Position numbers and translations under genes: made by a program
Notes under the pieces: generated by a model
Databases searched by the model: none
What the model was told of the DNA's origin: nothing
What the model saw: only the letters and a program-made list of their open reading frames with translations
Shown: positions 1 through 10,500 of the stretch, piece after piece
Layout of the letters: each line of letters begins with the position of its first letter
Numbering within the stretch: the first letter of the stretch is position 1
Source: Flavobacteriales bacterium
Lineage (GTDB): Bacteria > Bacteroidota > Bacteroidia > Flavobacteriales_D > Sanyastnellaceae
Assembly (NCBI GenBank): GCA_947488195.1
Contig: CANKYR010000002.1
Span: forward strand, 5,241-69,240
DNA length: 64,000 nt
Direction of reading: 5' to 3'

Positions 1-1268
1 TGGAATTGCGGGAGAGTTTTCAGCGTATCAGCCATATTGAAGATGCGCTGTTCTTTCGCTGTTAAAGCAGTATGCCGCATACTTTGCCAATAGGCATCGT
101 CGTGATTAGAGGAGTTCGGGTCAACAACAATGTCGGTGTATCCTTGATAGAAGGGATCTTCACGAGGTTTGTTAATGATGAATCTTTTGTAGCTGCTGTT
201 TTTTCGTCCGTATATCCCGATCTTTTTTTCACTCATGTTGAATTCAACCAAGAGCTGATCTTTCACGAGCATCCAAACCTCGTGTTCTATTTCGTTGTAT
301 TCTTGATGAACGCTGAATTCCTTAATCCAGTTGATATTGGCGTCCTCAGATATAGAGGCATCTAATTGCTTAACCGCGTAGGTTGTGTCGTGAATCCACA
401 TTTCACCATGAAACAAAAGTTCCTGTTTTCGTCGTGGGAAGAATTCCAATTTGTAACACCACTTTCCTTCAATGAAGGCGCTGTCTACCAGTCCGTAATC
501 GTAAAACCCAAGAGCATAAGTAGATATGGGAGAAGTGAAACTTTTCGAGAAGATGACAATTTCGTTGTCGTAGATATTTACGTTCTGGTACATATCGCCC
601 AAGAACTGATTCACACTCTGATTTTCTACTCCGGTTACTCGGGTGCCTTTGACTATTTCTTTGGAAATTTTAGGGTTGCGGCGGTAATAAAAATCTGAAA
701 GTGATTCGGTCATGAAGACCGGTAAGTAGGGCTTCTCTTGTGTCGTGTCTATTCCTTCGAAAATAAATTCGAAAGGTTTCATGAGTTTGTTGTCGGCTAT
801 GGCCGCGCTGATGTTGTTTAAATCGAATTCGACTTTGTTATACGCTTCGTATTCGTAGGCGTCTAGTTTTTCACGGTTGTTAATTTTTTTATTGGCGATG
901 ACTTTTTTCATGAGCTCAATCGCTGGATTGGGTTCGTCTTTCGGACGAATGATAACGACGCTCGTTGTATTTTCATCTAGGAGCGCGAAGTTTATTTCTT
1001 TCGTGGTTCCTTGCTTTACATTGAAAGATTGCTGGGCATAGCCAATTCCTTTGCAGCGTAAAGTATCGCTGGAATAGTAAGTTTCAATCCGGTATTTTCC
1101 GTTTTCATCGGTAGTTGTTCCAGATTTTGTTCCAACAAAATAAACAGGCGCAAAGGGGACGGTTAATTTGGAAACGGCGTCAATTACAGTTCCGAATACG
1201 ACAGTTTTTTGCGCGGAAAGAGCAAGCGAAAAACAAATCGATAAGAAAAGTAAAAGTCCTTTTTTCAT
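1..1268 (-). CDS. Partial CDS (N-terminal ~422 aa; C-terminus beyond the left edge): secreted CarboxypepD_reg-like / DUF5686-type protein
   Basis: Absent from the ORF track because it has no stop in the window. Manual reverse-complement translation from ATG 1268 gives MKKGLLLFLSICFSLALSAQKTVVFGTVIDAVSKLTVPFAPVYFVGTKSGTTTDENGKYRIE (signal peptide plus carboxypeptidase-regulatory-like motif). I spot-checked the frame near 700 (VFMTESLSDFYYRRNPK) and at the left end (AKEQRIFNMADTLKTLPQF); both are open. Confidence 0.7.
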   Translation of the reverse strand, partial: MKKGLLLFLSICFSLALSAQKTVVFGTVIDAVSKLTVPFAPVYFVGTKSGTTTDENGKYRIETYYSSDTLRCKGIGYAQQSFNVKQGTTKEINFALLDENTTSVVIIRPKDEPNPAIELMKKVIANKKINNREKLDAYEYEAYNKVEFDLNNISAAIADNKLMKPFEFIFEGIDTTQEKPYLPVFMTESLSDFYYRRNPKISKEIVKGTRVTGVENQSVNQFLGDMYQNVNIYDNEIVIFSKSFTSPISTYALGFYDYGLVDSAFIEGKWCYKLEFFPRRKQELLFHGEMWIHDTTYAVKQLDASISEDANINWIKEFSVHQEYNEIEHEVWMLVKDQLLVEFNMSEKKIGIYGRKNSSYKRFIINKPREDPFYQGYTDIVVDPNSSNHDDAYWQSMRHTALTAKEQRIFNMADTLKTLPQF

Positions 1269-1327
1269 TCCTTACGAAGAAACGAAAAAGTTTTCAATGC
1301 GTCAAGAGGTCTGACAAACGTTACCCA

Positions 1328-3400
1328 TTACTTGTTGTTGAAAGCTTGCAAGCCTTCTTCCAACCAGGCTCTGAATTCAGAGGTTTCAACAATACCGCTC
1401 TTCACTTGATTCATCAGCTCTTCTCTGCCTTCAGTCATTGGATCAATGATCGCATACATAGGTTGAGAGTTGTTGTTGAAGGTTTCAATTTCGAAAGCAG
1501 ACCACAAGTCACCATAGGTATCAATTTCCTTTTCAATTCCAGCCCATTTAGTTACAACGGTTTCTTTCAATTCAGCAGGTAATTCTTTCTTGTCATCAAC
1601 ATAAAGGCTCACAACAATAAATTCATTTTGCAATAAATCAAGAACTTCAGGCCAGACGTGTTCTTCCATTTTTCTACAATTCACACAAGCATATCCTGTG
1701 AAATCGACAAACAAAGGTTTGCCTTCTCTGCGCGCACGTTCAAGAGCAACAGTGTAATCATGTTCGCAAAGCAATCCATGCGGACAATCACTTGGGTAGG
1801 CATAGGAGTAGCCAGTAGGGGGCGCAAGTCCACTCATTAACGGGAGTGCATTGTATGAAGTACCTTCCTTGTTCACGATTAATCCGCTGGCCAAATAGAC
1901 CACCCACATTCCAACGAAGGTGGTAAACACAATTCGGAATTTCGAAAACTTTACAATAGGACTGTCGTGTGAAAATTTGATTGCTCCTATAAGATAGAGG
2001 TACATGCCAAAGAAGATGATTACCCACGATCCCATGAACACCTCGTATTTCAATAAGTTCCAGTGTACCACCAAGTCTGCTTGAGATAAGAATTTCAGGG
2101 CAAGTGCTACTTCTAAAAATCCAAGAACAACTTTAACAGAGTTCAACCAACCGCCTGATTTTGGCAAGCTCTTCATCATTCCAGGAAACATAGCGAACAA
2201 CGCAAACGGGATTCCCAATGCCAATCCGAATCCGCCCATTCCAATCGTCAATTGAATTGCTCCCCCGTCTTTCGCTAAAGAACCCGCGAGCAAAGAACCT
2301 AGGATAGGACCTGTGCACGAGAACGAAACGATTGCCAAGGTTAATGCCATGAAGAATGCTCCAAGTAATCCGCCCGCTTCGGCGTTCTTATCCATCTTAT
2401 TCGCCAAACCTGCAGGAAGTGTAATCTCGAACAATCCGAAAAACGAAAGTGCGAACACGATGAAGATTGCGAAGAACACAATGTTTAAAGGAACATTGGT
2501 GGAAATGTCGTTCAGTATATTTTCGTTAATCTGATCCAAGAAGTGGAAAGGCATTGAAAGCAAAATGTAAATCAAGAAGATAAATCCACCGTAAATCAAC
2601 GCTTGGAAAATTCCCTTCTTGCGGTCTTTGTTTCCTTTGGTGAAAAACGCAACAGTTAATGGGATCATTGGAAACACACAAGGAGTAAGCAATGCAACCA
2701 ATCCGCCCAAGAATCCAAGGAAGAACAATTGCCACATGTTTCCACCTTGGGCAGTGTCAGAAGACACACTGCCATTTTCCAAACGAGTGGTTAACTTCTC
2801 TTTGTCGTTGCGAATCGTTTGAATCCAATACCTGAATTTCGTAGTTGTAGGTTCCAATTGCATTTGGTCCTCAATTACAGCTGAAGTATCTGTCGTTGTT
2901 GGCAATACAGCTGAACCATCTGCTGCATTCGGTGTTACCTGAAGTTTGAATTTCGACTCTATCGGATAGCATGCTTTGTCGTTACACGTCTGACCTTGAA
3001 TGATTCCTTTTAAAGTGAAAGGAGCTGTTCCGAGAATTTTAATTTTTTGTTTGAATACAGCAGAATTTTCAAAATAGTTTACTTCACCACCTTGCATGTC
3101 GTCGTAGTGCGTGATGTATTTCCCTTCTGTTAATTTTCCAATGAGTTCGAAATTTGCTTTGTCAGCATTTAAGATCAATTCAGTTGGAAGGGCATAAACA
3201 TTCGGATCTGAAGACGGACTCGTCGAGTATAAATGGAATCCCGGTGAAATACTCGCTTGAAATTCGATTTCGGCTTCGTTGTTTGGCAAACTAACTAGGC
3301 TTGTTTTCCATTTTACCGGATTAACAATCTGTGCCTGGACATTCCAGGCCGAAAACAAAAGTGCAAGGGCCGCAAAAATCTTTACAGATAAATTCTTCAT
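1328..3400 (-). CDS. dsbD: Thiol:disulfide interchange protein DsbD (three-domain form)
   Basis: 690 aa. Signal peptide, N-terminal DsbD-alpha-like domain with CNDKAC, polytopic core with LTPCVFPMIPL and FSCTGPILG, and a C-terminal thioredoxin fold with CVNC. Confidence 0.9.
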   Translation of the reverse strand: MKNLSVKIFAALALLFSAWNVQAQIVNPVKWKTSLVSLPNNEAEIEFQASISPGFHLYSTSPSSDPNVYALPTELILNADKANFELIGKLTEGKYITHYDDMQGGEVNYFENSAVFKQKIKILGTAPFTLKGIIQGQTCNDKACYPIESKFKLQVTPNAADGSAVLPTTTDTSAVIEDQMQLEPTTTKFRYWIQTIRNDKEKLTTRLENGSVSSDTAQGGNMWQLFFLGFLGGLVALLTPCVFPMIPLTVAFFTKGNKDRKKGIFQALIYGGFIFLIYILLSMPFHFLDQINENILNDISTNVPLNIVFFAIFIVFALSFFGLFEITLPAGLANKMDKNAEAGGLLGAFFMALTLAIVSFSCTGPILGSLLAGSLAKDGGAIQLTIGMGGFGLALGIPFALFAMFPGMMKSLPKSGGWLNSVKVVLGFLEVALALKFLSQADLVVHWNLLKYEVFMGSWVIIFFGMYLYLIGAIKFSHDSPIVKFSKFRIVFTTFVGMWVVYLASGLIVNKEGTSYNALPLMSGLAPPTGYSYAYPSDCPHGLLCEHDYTVALERARREGKPLFVDFTGYACVNCRKMEEHVWPEVLDLLQNEFIVVSLYVDDKKELPAELKETVVTKWAGIEKEIDTYGDLWSAFEIETFNNNSQPMYAIIDPMTEGREELMNQVKSGIVETSEFRAWLEEGLQAFNNK

Positions 3401-3405
3401 AGCTT

Positions 3406-3413
3406 CAAAAATA
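3406..3413 (-). promoter_or_regulatory. Candidate Bacteroidota -7 promoter box for dsbD
   Basis: Minus-strand TATTTTTG, an exact TAnnTTTG match, 5 nt upstream of ATG 3400 in the 30-nt tilS-dsbD gap. Confidence 0.4.
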
Positions 3414-3430
3414 GTTCAATTCAATTTTAC

Positions 3431-4699
3431 TTAGGTGAGGCGCATCACAAAAACCTTCTTCGCCGAGTCGTCTAATTTGTAATCTTCTGAAATGCACAGT
3501 CCAATTACCGCAACAATCTCATCTTTACTCACCAAAACCGGATAGTTCTTTTTCTCGTTCATGGGAATTTTCGCTTGCACCAACACATCGCTCACCTTTT
3601 TCATTCCTTTCATTCCAAGAGAACGAATCTTATCTCCAGCTTCGTATGAACGAATCTCCAATGGAAAACGCAACTTGTCGGCATTCAGTTGCATAACCTT
3701 CGGATCTTTTTCAATTTCATATCCCTTTGCTGGTAGAATATCAACCTCGTATTTCGATTCGTCCAGCGGCATGTCGCTCTGCATAGCATGCAAGACATAG
3801 TTGTCTCGATCGCGCGCAACTCCATACGTTGTATTTGAAACTTTCGCGCCGGTCTTTTGAAGTTTTAAGATTTCATCGATTTCTCCTGTCGTGAATTCGA
3901 ATAGGTTCAGCCATTCCCATAAAATTTGACGCGGAGCATAATGGTTTTCAACGGCTTCAATCGAGAGCAATTCGTTTTCTCCCTTCATGACTACATTCTG
4001 TTCGAGCCAGTTTTGCAAACTCTCTTGAACAATCGAATGCTGCTCTTCCCAGATTTCAATGCTGTTGGAAAGGGTTTGAAGAATGTTCGGATTCAACTCT
4101 TCTAAAATAGGAACCACCTTATTTCTAATTTTATTTCTTCCGTAAACGTTCGAATTGTTTGAAGCGTCTTCTCTCCATTTCAATTTTATTTCTTTTGCAA
4201 AACCTTCGAGTTCTTTTTTCGAAAGGTCTAAAAGTGGACGCCATTTGGTTGAGGTGTGACGCTTCATTCCGAGCAAGCCTTTCAATCCGCTTCCACGAAC
4301 CAAGTGTTGCAAAACGGTTTCCAGTTGATCGTTCGCATGGTGCGCAAGAACAACGGTGGTGTATCCGAATTCATCTTGCAACTGCTGGAAGTATGCATAG
4401 CGGAAATCGCGCGCGCGCTCTTGTAAATTGTTTTTCGATTCCTTCCACAAGTCACCGGCTTGAGCACAGTGAAAAGTGAGCTTGTTCTTTTTACAATAAG
4501 CCTTCACAAACTGTTCGTCTTTTTCTGAATCTTTTCCGCGAAGTTGGTAGTTCACATGAGCCACGGCGAATGGAATTTTAGCGCGAAGAAGCAATTCAGC
4601 CATAAGCATCGAGTCCATGCCTCCGCTTACTGCCACAAGTAATTGCGCTTCTTCGAATGTTTGAAATTCGGCCTTTAAGTCTTTAAGTAGTTTTTTCAT
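3431..4699 (-). CDS. tilS: tRNA(Ile)-lysidine synthetase
   Basis: 422 aa. PP-loop VAVSGGMDSM near the N-terminus, and TilS-like length and C-terminal domain. Confidence 0.9.
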   Translation of the reverse strand: MKKLLKDLKAEFQTFEEAQLLVAVSGGMDSMLMAELLLRAKIPFAVAHVNYQLRGKDSEKDEQFVKAYCKKNKLTFHCAQAGDLWKESKNNLQERARDFRYAYFQQLQDEFGYTTVVLAHHANDQLETVLQHLVRGSGLKGLLGMKRHTSTKWRPLLDLSKKELEGFAKEIKLKWREDASNNSNVYGRNKIRNKVVPILEELNPNILQTLSNSIEIWEEQHSIVQESLQNWLEQNVVMKGENELLSIEAVENHYAPRQILWEWLNLFEFTTGEIDEILKLQKTGAKVSNTTYGVARDRDNYVLHAMQSDMPLDESKYEVDILPAKGYEIEKDPKVMQLNADKLRFPLEIRSYEAGDKIRSLGMKGMKKVSDVLVQAKIPMNEKKNYPVLVSKDEIVAVIGLCISEDYKLDDSAKKVFVMRLT

Positions 4700-4700
4700 T

Positions 4701-5918
4701 TTAGTTGAATATAGAAAGTGTAGAGGCGGCTTTCAATAGGCACTCTTCGTATTCCGCTTCCGCGTTCGAGGCGTGAGTAATTGCGCTTCCCACTTTTATG
4801 GTTGTTTGTTTTTTTTCTTTGTTGTAAACGGCAGAACGAATAATAACATTGAAATCGAAATTTCCATTCGGTTCAATAACGCCAAAGGTACCGCTGTATA
4901 TACCTCTGTCTAACATTTCAATTTTTTCCATGTGCTTCACAGCGCTAATTTTCGGAGCGCCGGTCATGGATCCCATGGGGAAGGTTGCAGCTAAAATTTC
5001 TGTGAATGTTATTTTGGAAGGAAGCTGGGCTTCTACCGTGCTTATTAAATGATGAAGCGTTTTGAACGTATGAAGTTCGCACAAGGAAGTGACTTGAACA
5101 CTTGCTTTCGCGGCTATGCGCGAAAGGTCATTGCGAACCAAATCTACAATCATGATGTTTTCAGATCGCTCTTTTTTACTTGTGCGAAGAACAGTTTTGT
5201 TCTCTTCATCTTCAATAGAATTTGCTCCTCTTTTAATGGTTCCTTTGATAGGTTGAGAAATTAGAGTGTTTCCTTTTTTCTGAATGAAACGCTCCGGTGA
5301 AGTACACAAAAGTTGAAGATTTTCACCATTGAAATAAACGGAGTGAGGTGCTTCCGTGGCGTTATTCATTTTTGAAAAATGTGCGAACGCATCGTTCAAC
5401 GAACCCAATGCCTGTAGAGGCATGCAGAAGTTTGTCTCGTAGTAATCACCGCGCTGAATATCGCCCAAAATTCGCTCTATCTTTTCAATGTAACTTTTCT
5501 TGGTTTCGAGCATTTCGAACACAAGTTTTTCGTCAAGATCCGAGGGTTCTATTTTTTTGTAGTTGGAAAGAAAATCTTCGATTCCCGAACGTTCGTTCGG
5601 TTCGGAAGGAGTAAGCGGGTTCCAATTTCCATTTTCTTCTTTCCAAACGTGCACAGGTTCGAAGAAGTAGATGAGTTCACTTCCATCTGAACTGAAATTG
5701 GTATAGGCGTTTTTTTCAAAAAGTTTTTTTGCCTCGAAGGAAATATATCCGAAAACAGGAGTTGTTTTTCCGGCTAACCATTGGTTTAGCTTTTGAATGT
5801 CGCTGGGATTGGTTTCATTTAAAACAAACGCATCTTTTTTTCCCCAAGCGATGAACGCTTGCCGCTCGTTCGAGTTAGGTGGAAGAAAGGTGAAATGGTC
5901 GTTTTCCCAAAGCTGCAT
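4701..5918 (-). CDS. pabB: Aminodeoxychorismate synthase component I / anthranilate synthase component I family (chorismate-binding enzyme)
   Basis: 405 aa. Motifs SPERF, PIKGT, MTGAPK and GIYSGTFG. The PabB versus TrpE/MenF assignment is by length and motif context only. Confidence 0.75.
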   Translation of the reverse strand: MQLWENDHFTFLPPNSNERQAFIAWGKKDAFVLNETNPSDIQKLNQWLAGKTTPVFGYISFEAKKLFEKNAYTNFSSDGSELIYFFEPVHVWKEENGNWNPLTPSEPNERSGIEDFLSNYKKIEPSDLDEKLVFEMLETKKSYIEKIERILGDIQRGDYYETNFCMPLQALGSLNDAFAHFSKMNNATEAPHSVYFNGENLQLLCTSPERFIQKKGNTLISQPIKGTIKRGANSIEDEENKTVLRTSKKERSENIMIVDLVRNDLSRIAAKASVQVTSLCELHTFKTLHHLISTVEAQLPSKITFTEILAATFPMGSMTGAPKISAVKHMEKIEMLDRGIYSGTFGVIEPNGNFDFNVIIRSAVYNKEKKQTTIKVGSAITHASNAEAEYEECLLKAASTLSIFN

Positions 5919-5935
5919 GGGTGCAAAGGTAATGC

Positions 5936-7156
5936 TTACTGACGCCTATTTGCGAGAAGAACGGGTGGACCTCCGTCGAAAGGATTGTCGCCTCGTCCAA
6001 TACTGCGGGCTTCGATTCCGGCGGCTTTCATTACCGCACGATCCCCGAATTTTTTTCTCATGTCATCCATGGCAGTGTACAAGCTAATTTGCTCTTCGTT
6101 ATCGTCGAACAGATTAATCTGGTATCCGCCAGAAACCAAATGGCTGAAGCGGACGCCAATGAGGCGAATTAAGACGCGACGGCTATATAGTTTTTCGAAG
6201 AGCTCTAATATTTTCGGGATAAGAATATGATCCGCTGAAGTGTATGGAATGCGACATTGCATGGTTTCCGTTTGGAAGTCGGAGTACCGCAATTTCACCG
6301 TAACGCAAGAAGTTAGTTTTTCGCCTTTGCGTAATTGGAACGCTAAGTTTTCGGTCATGGCAATTAAGAGTCCACGTAGCTTATGCACATCTATTGTGTC
6401 TTGATCGAACGTTCTTTCGGTAGAAATGGATTTCCGTTCTTGGAAGGGCACAACAGGCGAGGGATCTATGGCATTGGCTTTTTTCCAGATGCTGGCGCCG
6501 TTTTCTCCAAGAGCTTTCGACATAACGTCTAGCGGCATTTCCTGAAGGGTATGTATTTTCCGAATGCCTAGATTAACGAGAAGCTGATGCGTTTTTTCTC
6601 CAACCATAGGAATCTTCCGAATGGAAAGCGGAGCAAGGAACGGCTTCTCTGTTCCGGTTTCAATTCGAATCTGATTGTTCGGTTTGGCTTCACCCGTGGC
6701 CACTTTAGAAACAGTTTTACTGGAAGATAAACCGAAGGAAATCGGAAGCCCTATTTCTTTTCCGATTTTCTGTCTAAGTTCTCCGGCGAACTGATAGCAT
6801 CCGAAAAAACGATCGAGCCCCGTGAGGTCGCAGTAGAATTCGTCTATGGAAGTCTTTTCGAAGAGAGGAACTGCTTCGCGAACCATTTCGCTTACGAGGT
6901 CTGAATACTTGAGGTAATTGTACGAGTTTCCTTTGATGACCACGGCTTCTGGACAGAGCTTTCGAGCCATGTGCATGGGCATGGCAGAATGCACTCCGAA
7001 TTTTCGCGCTTCGTAGCTGCACGAGGCCACTACGCCGCGGTCGCTGGTTCCGCCAATAAGAACAGGTCTGTTGTTGAGACGGCTGTCCAATAAACGCTCA
7101 ACCGACACGAAAAAGGTGTCGAGATCCATATGTAGAATTGAGCGTTCAGATGACAT
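5936..7156 (-). CDS. dinB: DNA polymerase IV (Y-family)
   Basis: 406 aa. ILHMDLDTFFVSVE, SIDEFYCDLT, and a palm/little-finger layout typical of DinB. Confidence 0.92.
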   Translation of the reverse strand: MSSERSILHMDLDTFFVSVERLLDSRLNNRPVLIGGTSDRGVVASCSYEARKFGVHSAMPMHMARKLCPEAVVIKGNSYNYLKYSDLVSEMVREAVPLFEKTSIDEFYCDLTGLDRFFGCYQFAGELRQKIGKEIGLPISFGLSSSKTVSKVATGEAKPNNQIRIETGTEKPFLAPLSIRKIPMVGEKTHQLLVNLGIRKIHTLQEMPLDVMSKALGENGASIWKKANAIDPSPVVPFQERKSISTERTFDQDTIDVHKLRGLLIAMTENLAFQLRKGEKLTSCVTVKLRYSDFQTETMQCRIPYTSADHILIPKILELFEKLYSRRVLIRLIGVRFSHLVSGGYQINLFDDNEEQISLYTAMDDMRKKFGDRAVMKAAGIEARSIGRGDNPFDGGPPVLLANRRQ

Positions 7157-7160
7157 AAAG

Positions 7161-7168
7161 CAAACTTA
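7161..7168 (-). promoter_or_regulatory. Candidate -7 promoter box for dinB
   Basis: Minus-strand TAAGTTTG (exact TAnnTTTG) 4 nt upstream of ATG 7156. Confidence 0.3.
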
Positions 7169-7227
7169 TCTCGTGGAAGCACAAGATTTGAAATTGTTAA
7201 AAAATGTTTTGTGATGAAGGGGAAGAG

Positions 7228-7515
7228 TTATTTTTTTCTCTTTCCGGTTTGGTCTGTATCGTCCTCGTCTTCGTCGTCGGTGATACCGTCATCCTCATCA
7301 TCTGTAATGTCTGAACCACCCTCAGAATTGCGGTTGTTGTTCGAAACAGATGAGTTCGTTGGAATGTCGTTGTTTGTGTTAACCTCAGTGCCATCAACGA
7401 TTTCAGAACGCTCGGTTCCAACGGAAGTAACTTCTTCCATCCAAACAGATTTGGTGCATGAAGCGAATGCCAATGCAACAAAAAATAGGAGCGTTATGTA
7501 ATTGAGTTTTTTCAT
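7228..7515 (-). CDS. Small secreted lipoprotein with a highly acidic C-terminal tail (hypothetical)
   Basis: Start moved to ATG 7515, giving MKKLNYITLLFFVALAFASC (signal peptide plus lipobox Cys). The C-terminus is DITDDEDDGITDDEDEDDTDQTGKRKK. Two other overlapping ORFs (7197-7481 minus, 7211-7501 plus) lack such features. Confidence 0.6.
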   Translation of the reverse strand: MKKLNYITLLFFVALAFASCTKSVWMEEVTSVGTERSEIVDGTEVNTNNDIPTNSSVSNNNRNSEGGSDITDDEDDGITDDEDEDDTDQTGKRKK

Positions 7516-7533
7516 AGTGGACCGAAGTCTATA

Positions 7534-7541
7534 CAAATATA
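7534..7541 (-). promoter_or_regulatory. Candidate -7 promoter box for the acidic lipoprotein gene
   Basis: Minus-strand TATATTTG (exact TAnnTTTG) 18 nt upstream of ATG 7515, between the kinase stop (7552) and the lipoprotein start. Confidence 0.4.
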
Positions 7542-7551
7542 ACGAAAACTC

Positions 7552-10500
7552 TTAAAAAGTGTTGCCCTGATTGAAAATTTCCTGAAAATCTCTCGGGAAG
7601 TGAATGGTGACGCGTGTTCCTGATTCTCCGTTTTCCGATTTCCAGTCTTCGGGGCCAATCAATTTAATGCGTTTGCCGGTCATTTGTTCAATGAGTTCAA
7701 TGCGGCTTCGTGTAATTTCCATTCCTTTCGAAATATGCGCGTCACTGTTTGTTTTGCGCGCTTGACTTTCAGCTAAACCAATACCGTTATCTTCAATTCG
7801 AATTTCTAAGCAATCGTTTTTCAATCCGAAAAATACATTCAGCAATCCTCCAGAATCTTTCGGAAGCAGACCGTGCCAAATGGAATTTTCCAAAAAGGGT
7901 TGAATGAGCATGGCTGGAATCTTAACCTGACGAAGAACTTCGGGCGCGTCGAGTTGAATGTGGTACTTGAACTTATCTGGGAAGCGCATGCTTTCCAACT
8001 TCAAGTACAATTCCAACCGCTCTATTTCTTCCGAGAGCGGTGCGAAGTTTTCTTGCGAGCTGTCTAAGTTTTTTCGAATCAACTTCGCGAAGTCTGTTAG
8101 GTATTGGTTTGCGGCCAATTTATCTTGACGGTTGATGTAGTATTGAATGGAATTCAGTGCGTTGAAAATGAAATGACGATTCATGCTTGAATTCATGCTT
8201 TGTTGCTCAAGCATCAGCAGCTTGGCCTTCATTTCAGATTGCTCTGCCAAGTGCTTGTTGCGAATGTTCCGTCTTCTTGAACGAGTAATAAGAACGACAA
8301 TGCCGACAAGAAAAATGAATTCCAATAAGATCACCCACCACATCAAATACCAAGGCGGTGAAATACGGAACTGCCAGGTTACTTCTTCGCTCCACGTTCC
8401 CCATTGGCCGTTGCGTGCACGAATGTGAAACGTATAATTTCCAGAAGGAAGATTGTTGAAGTTGACTTGCGAGAATGAAGTTGGACTGCTCCACGTGCTG
8501 TCTAGTCCTTCCAACCAATAACTGAATTCTAATCTTTCAGGATAGGTCGTACTCGATGCGTCGAAAAAGAAGGTGAAAGAATTTTGTCTGTAGTTAAATT
8601 CAAGTCCGTTCGGAAAAGACTTGCCGTTCCAAGTGCCTGAAGTCAGTGCTTTCCAATCGATATTCTCTAGATTCGATTGAATGTTTGTGAGATGAACAAT
8701 GGGCTGAGGGATATTGAACTTCTGGTCAATCGCACTTAATTCAATTTGCATAACACCGTTCGGAGTTCCAACCCATACGGTGTTTTTTAGATCAACGTAT
8801 ATGGCGTTTAAGTTTGTTTCAAGGCTTATTAATCCATCTGATTCGTTCAGATGAATCATCCGTTCACCTAGGCCTCCGGCACTATTCAGTTCCCAAATAA
8901 ATATACCATTCAGCGTTCCAATCCAAAGTTTGTTTTGAATCACTTTCAAAAAGTTCACGGTGTTTCCACCAGGCTCTTCAGAAATATTTAAATGCACGAA
9001 ACCACTTTCGTTGCCTTTGAACAATCCTGATTGTGTTCCAGCAATCAGTTCTCCGTTTGGTAATTCAGCAATGCTATAGGCACTTGCATCTTGAAGCCCT
9101 TGCGCTTCTCCGAAATTGGTGAACGTGTTGTTTTGAAAAAGCGAAATCCCATCGCGAGTGGCCATCCAGATTTTTCCATCACGCGATTCAATAATGTGTC
9201 GAATTCTTGTAGCAGGGAAGTTGGGCAATTGCGAAAAACTTTGAAATGCTTCACCTGACTTGGCTTGAATTCCTTTGTTGGTTCCTATTAGCAACGAGCC
9301 ATCTCTCCTTTGAAGTAGACTAAGAACGACTTCTTCTTCCAAACCTTCTTCTTTCCCGAAATGAAGCCAATGCGGCATGGCGTATGAACAACAGTCGTAT
9401 TCATAAAGTCCTTCGGGAGTTCCAATCCAAATAGCTCCTTTCCAACCCCAACTTTTTAAGGTTGTCCAAACGCGCAGATTCGGAGAAAGCTCATGCAATG
9501 CTCCATTAAAATTTGCACTGAAATTATCAGACGGATTAGAGAGGATGCTTATTCCGTTGTCGTAGGTTCCGAAGAAGTAATTTCCCCGTGAATCTTGTGT
9601 AATGCTCATGACGGCATTACCGGTTAATCCGTTGTTTGTGGTGAAGCTTTTGAACTGTGTGTTCGTAAGTTTGAATATTCCACCTCCATAACTCGCGAAC
9701 CACTGAATGCCCTCACGATCAATGAAGACCTGACGAATATCGTCTACCTCTAGTCCGTTCGATTTTGAAAAAAGCAAATGACTTTCGTTCGCTTCATTGA
9801 ATAGTACAACCCCTGTTCTACTGGTGAAATAGATGTTTCCGTTGTTGGAATCTATTCCCGTAAACACATTGGCCAAGGCGAAGTCGCCTATGTTCGTGAG
9901 AGGAAGGCCAGTGCTCACATTGAGCACACCACCCAACGAAGTAACCGCCCAAATTTCATGTTTAGAATTTTCAATGAAATCGAACAAGACATTTTCTTCG
10001 TCGTTTAGTGTGTAGAGTTGTTCCCACTGATTGTTTTTTAATTTCCAGATTCCTTTTTTGGTGGAAACAAGTAATTCGTTGTTGCTGTTTTTTCGTATGC
10101 GTTTTATGCTTTCTCCTTGAAAGAACAGTGTAATGTTATCTTCAACAAATTTGTTTTCGGAAAAAAAGATTAACCCGCGTTCAGTTCCGATGAGTAATTC
10201 ATTTGGGTTGAATTCAACCAACGATGTGGTAGATGCATCGTTGAGCTCTCCTGAATATTTATGAGTCGTGAATGTGTTTCCCTCTAAAACTGAAATTCCA
10301 CCAATGGAACCGAAAACGATTTGTTCGTTTTGAAGCTGATGAATGCAGTTGATTTGATTGTTAATGAGTCCGTCTGTTCTGCTGTAATTCACGAATTGAT
10401 TACCGTTGAATTTAGACGCACCGCCTAGAGTCCCCAACCAAACATATCCTTGCTTGTCCTGTTGAATACAACGCACTTGTGTTTGAGCCAACCCTTCTTT

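Noticed and set aside
72-698. Plus-strand ORFs 72-365 and 366-698 from the ORF track.
   Set aside because: They lie antisense to a long open minus-strand frame (1-1268) that encodes a convincing signal peptide and CarboxypepD_reg-like domain. Their own translations have no recognisable features.
1115-1582. Plus-strand 155-aa ORF spanning the gap between the partial gene and dsbD.
   Set aside because: It overlaps the 5' end of one real minus-strand gene and the 3' end of another. The composition is Arg/Lys/Phe-rich and low in complexity, typical of an antisense shadow.
7255-7335. Low-complexity GTC/GTC/ATC-rich DNA (gtcctcgtcttcgtcgtcggtgataccgtcatcctcatcatc) as a possible microsatellite.
   Set aside because: There is no exact tandem unit. 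It is simply the coding sequence, on the opposite strand, for the poly-Asp/Glu tail of the small lipoprotein.
7197-7501. Two further ORFs (7197-7481 minus, 7211-7501 plus) overlapping the acidic lipoprotein ORF.
   Set aside because: Only the 7228-7515 frame gives a signal peptide with a lipobox. The others are Ser- or Thr-rich read-throughs of the same GAT/GAC/GAA-rich low-complexity DNA.
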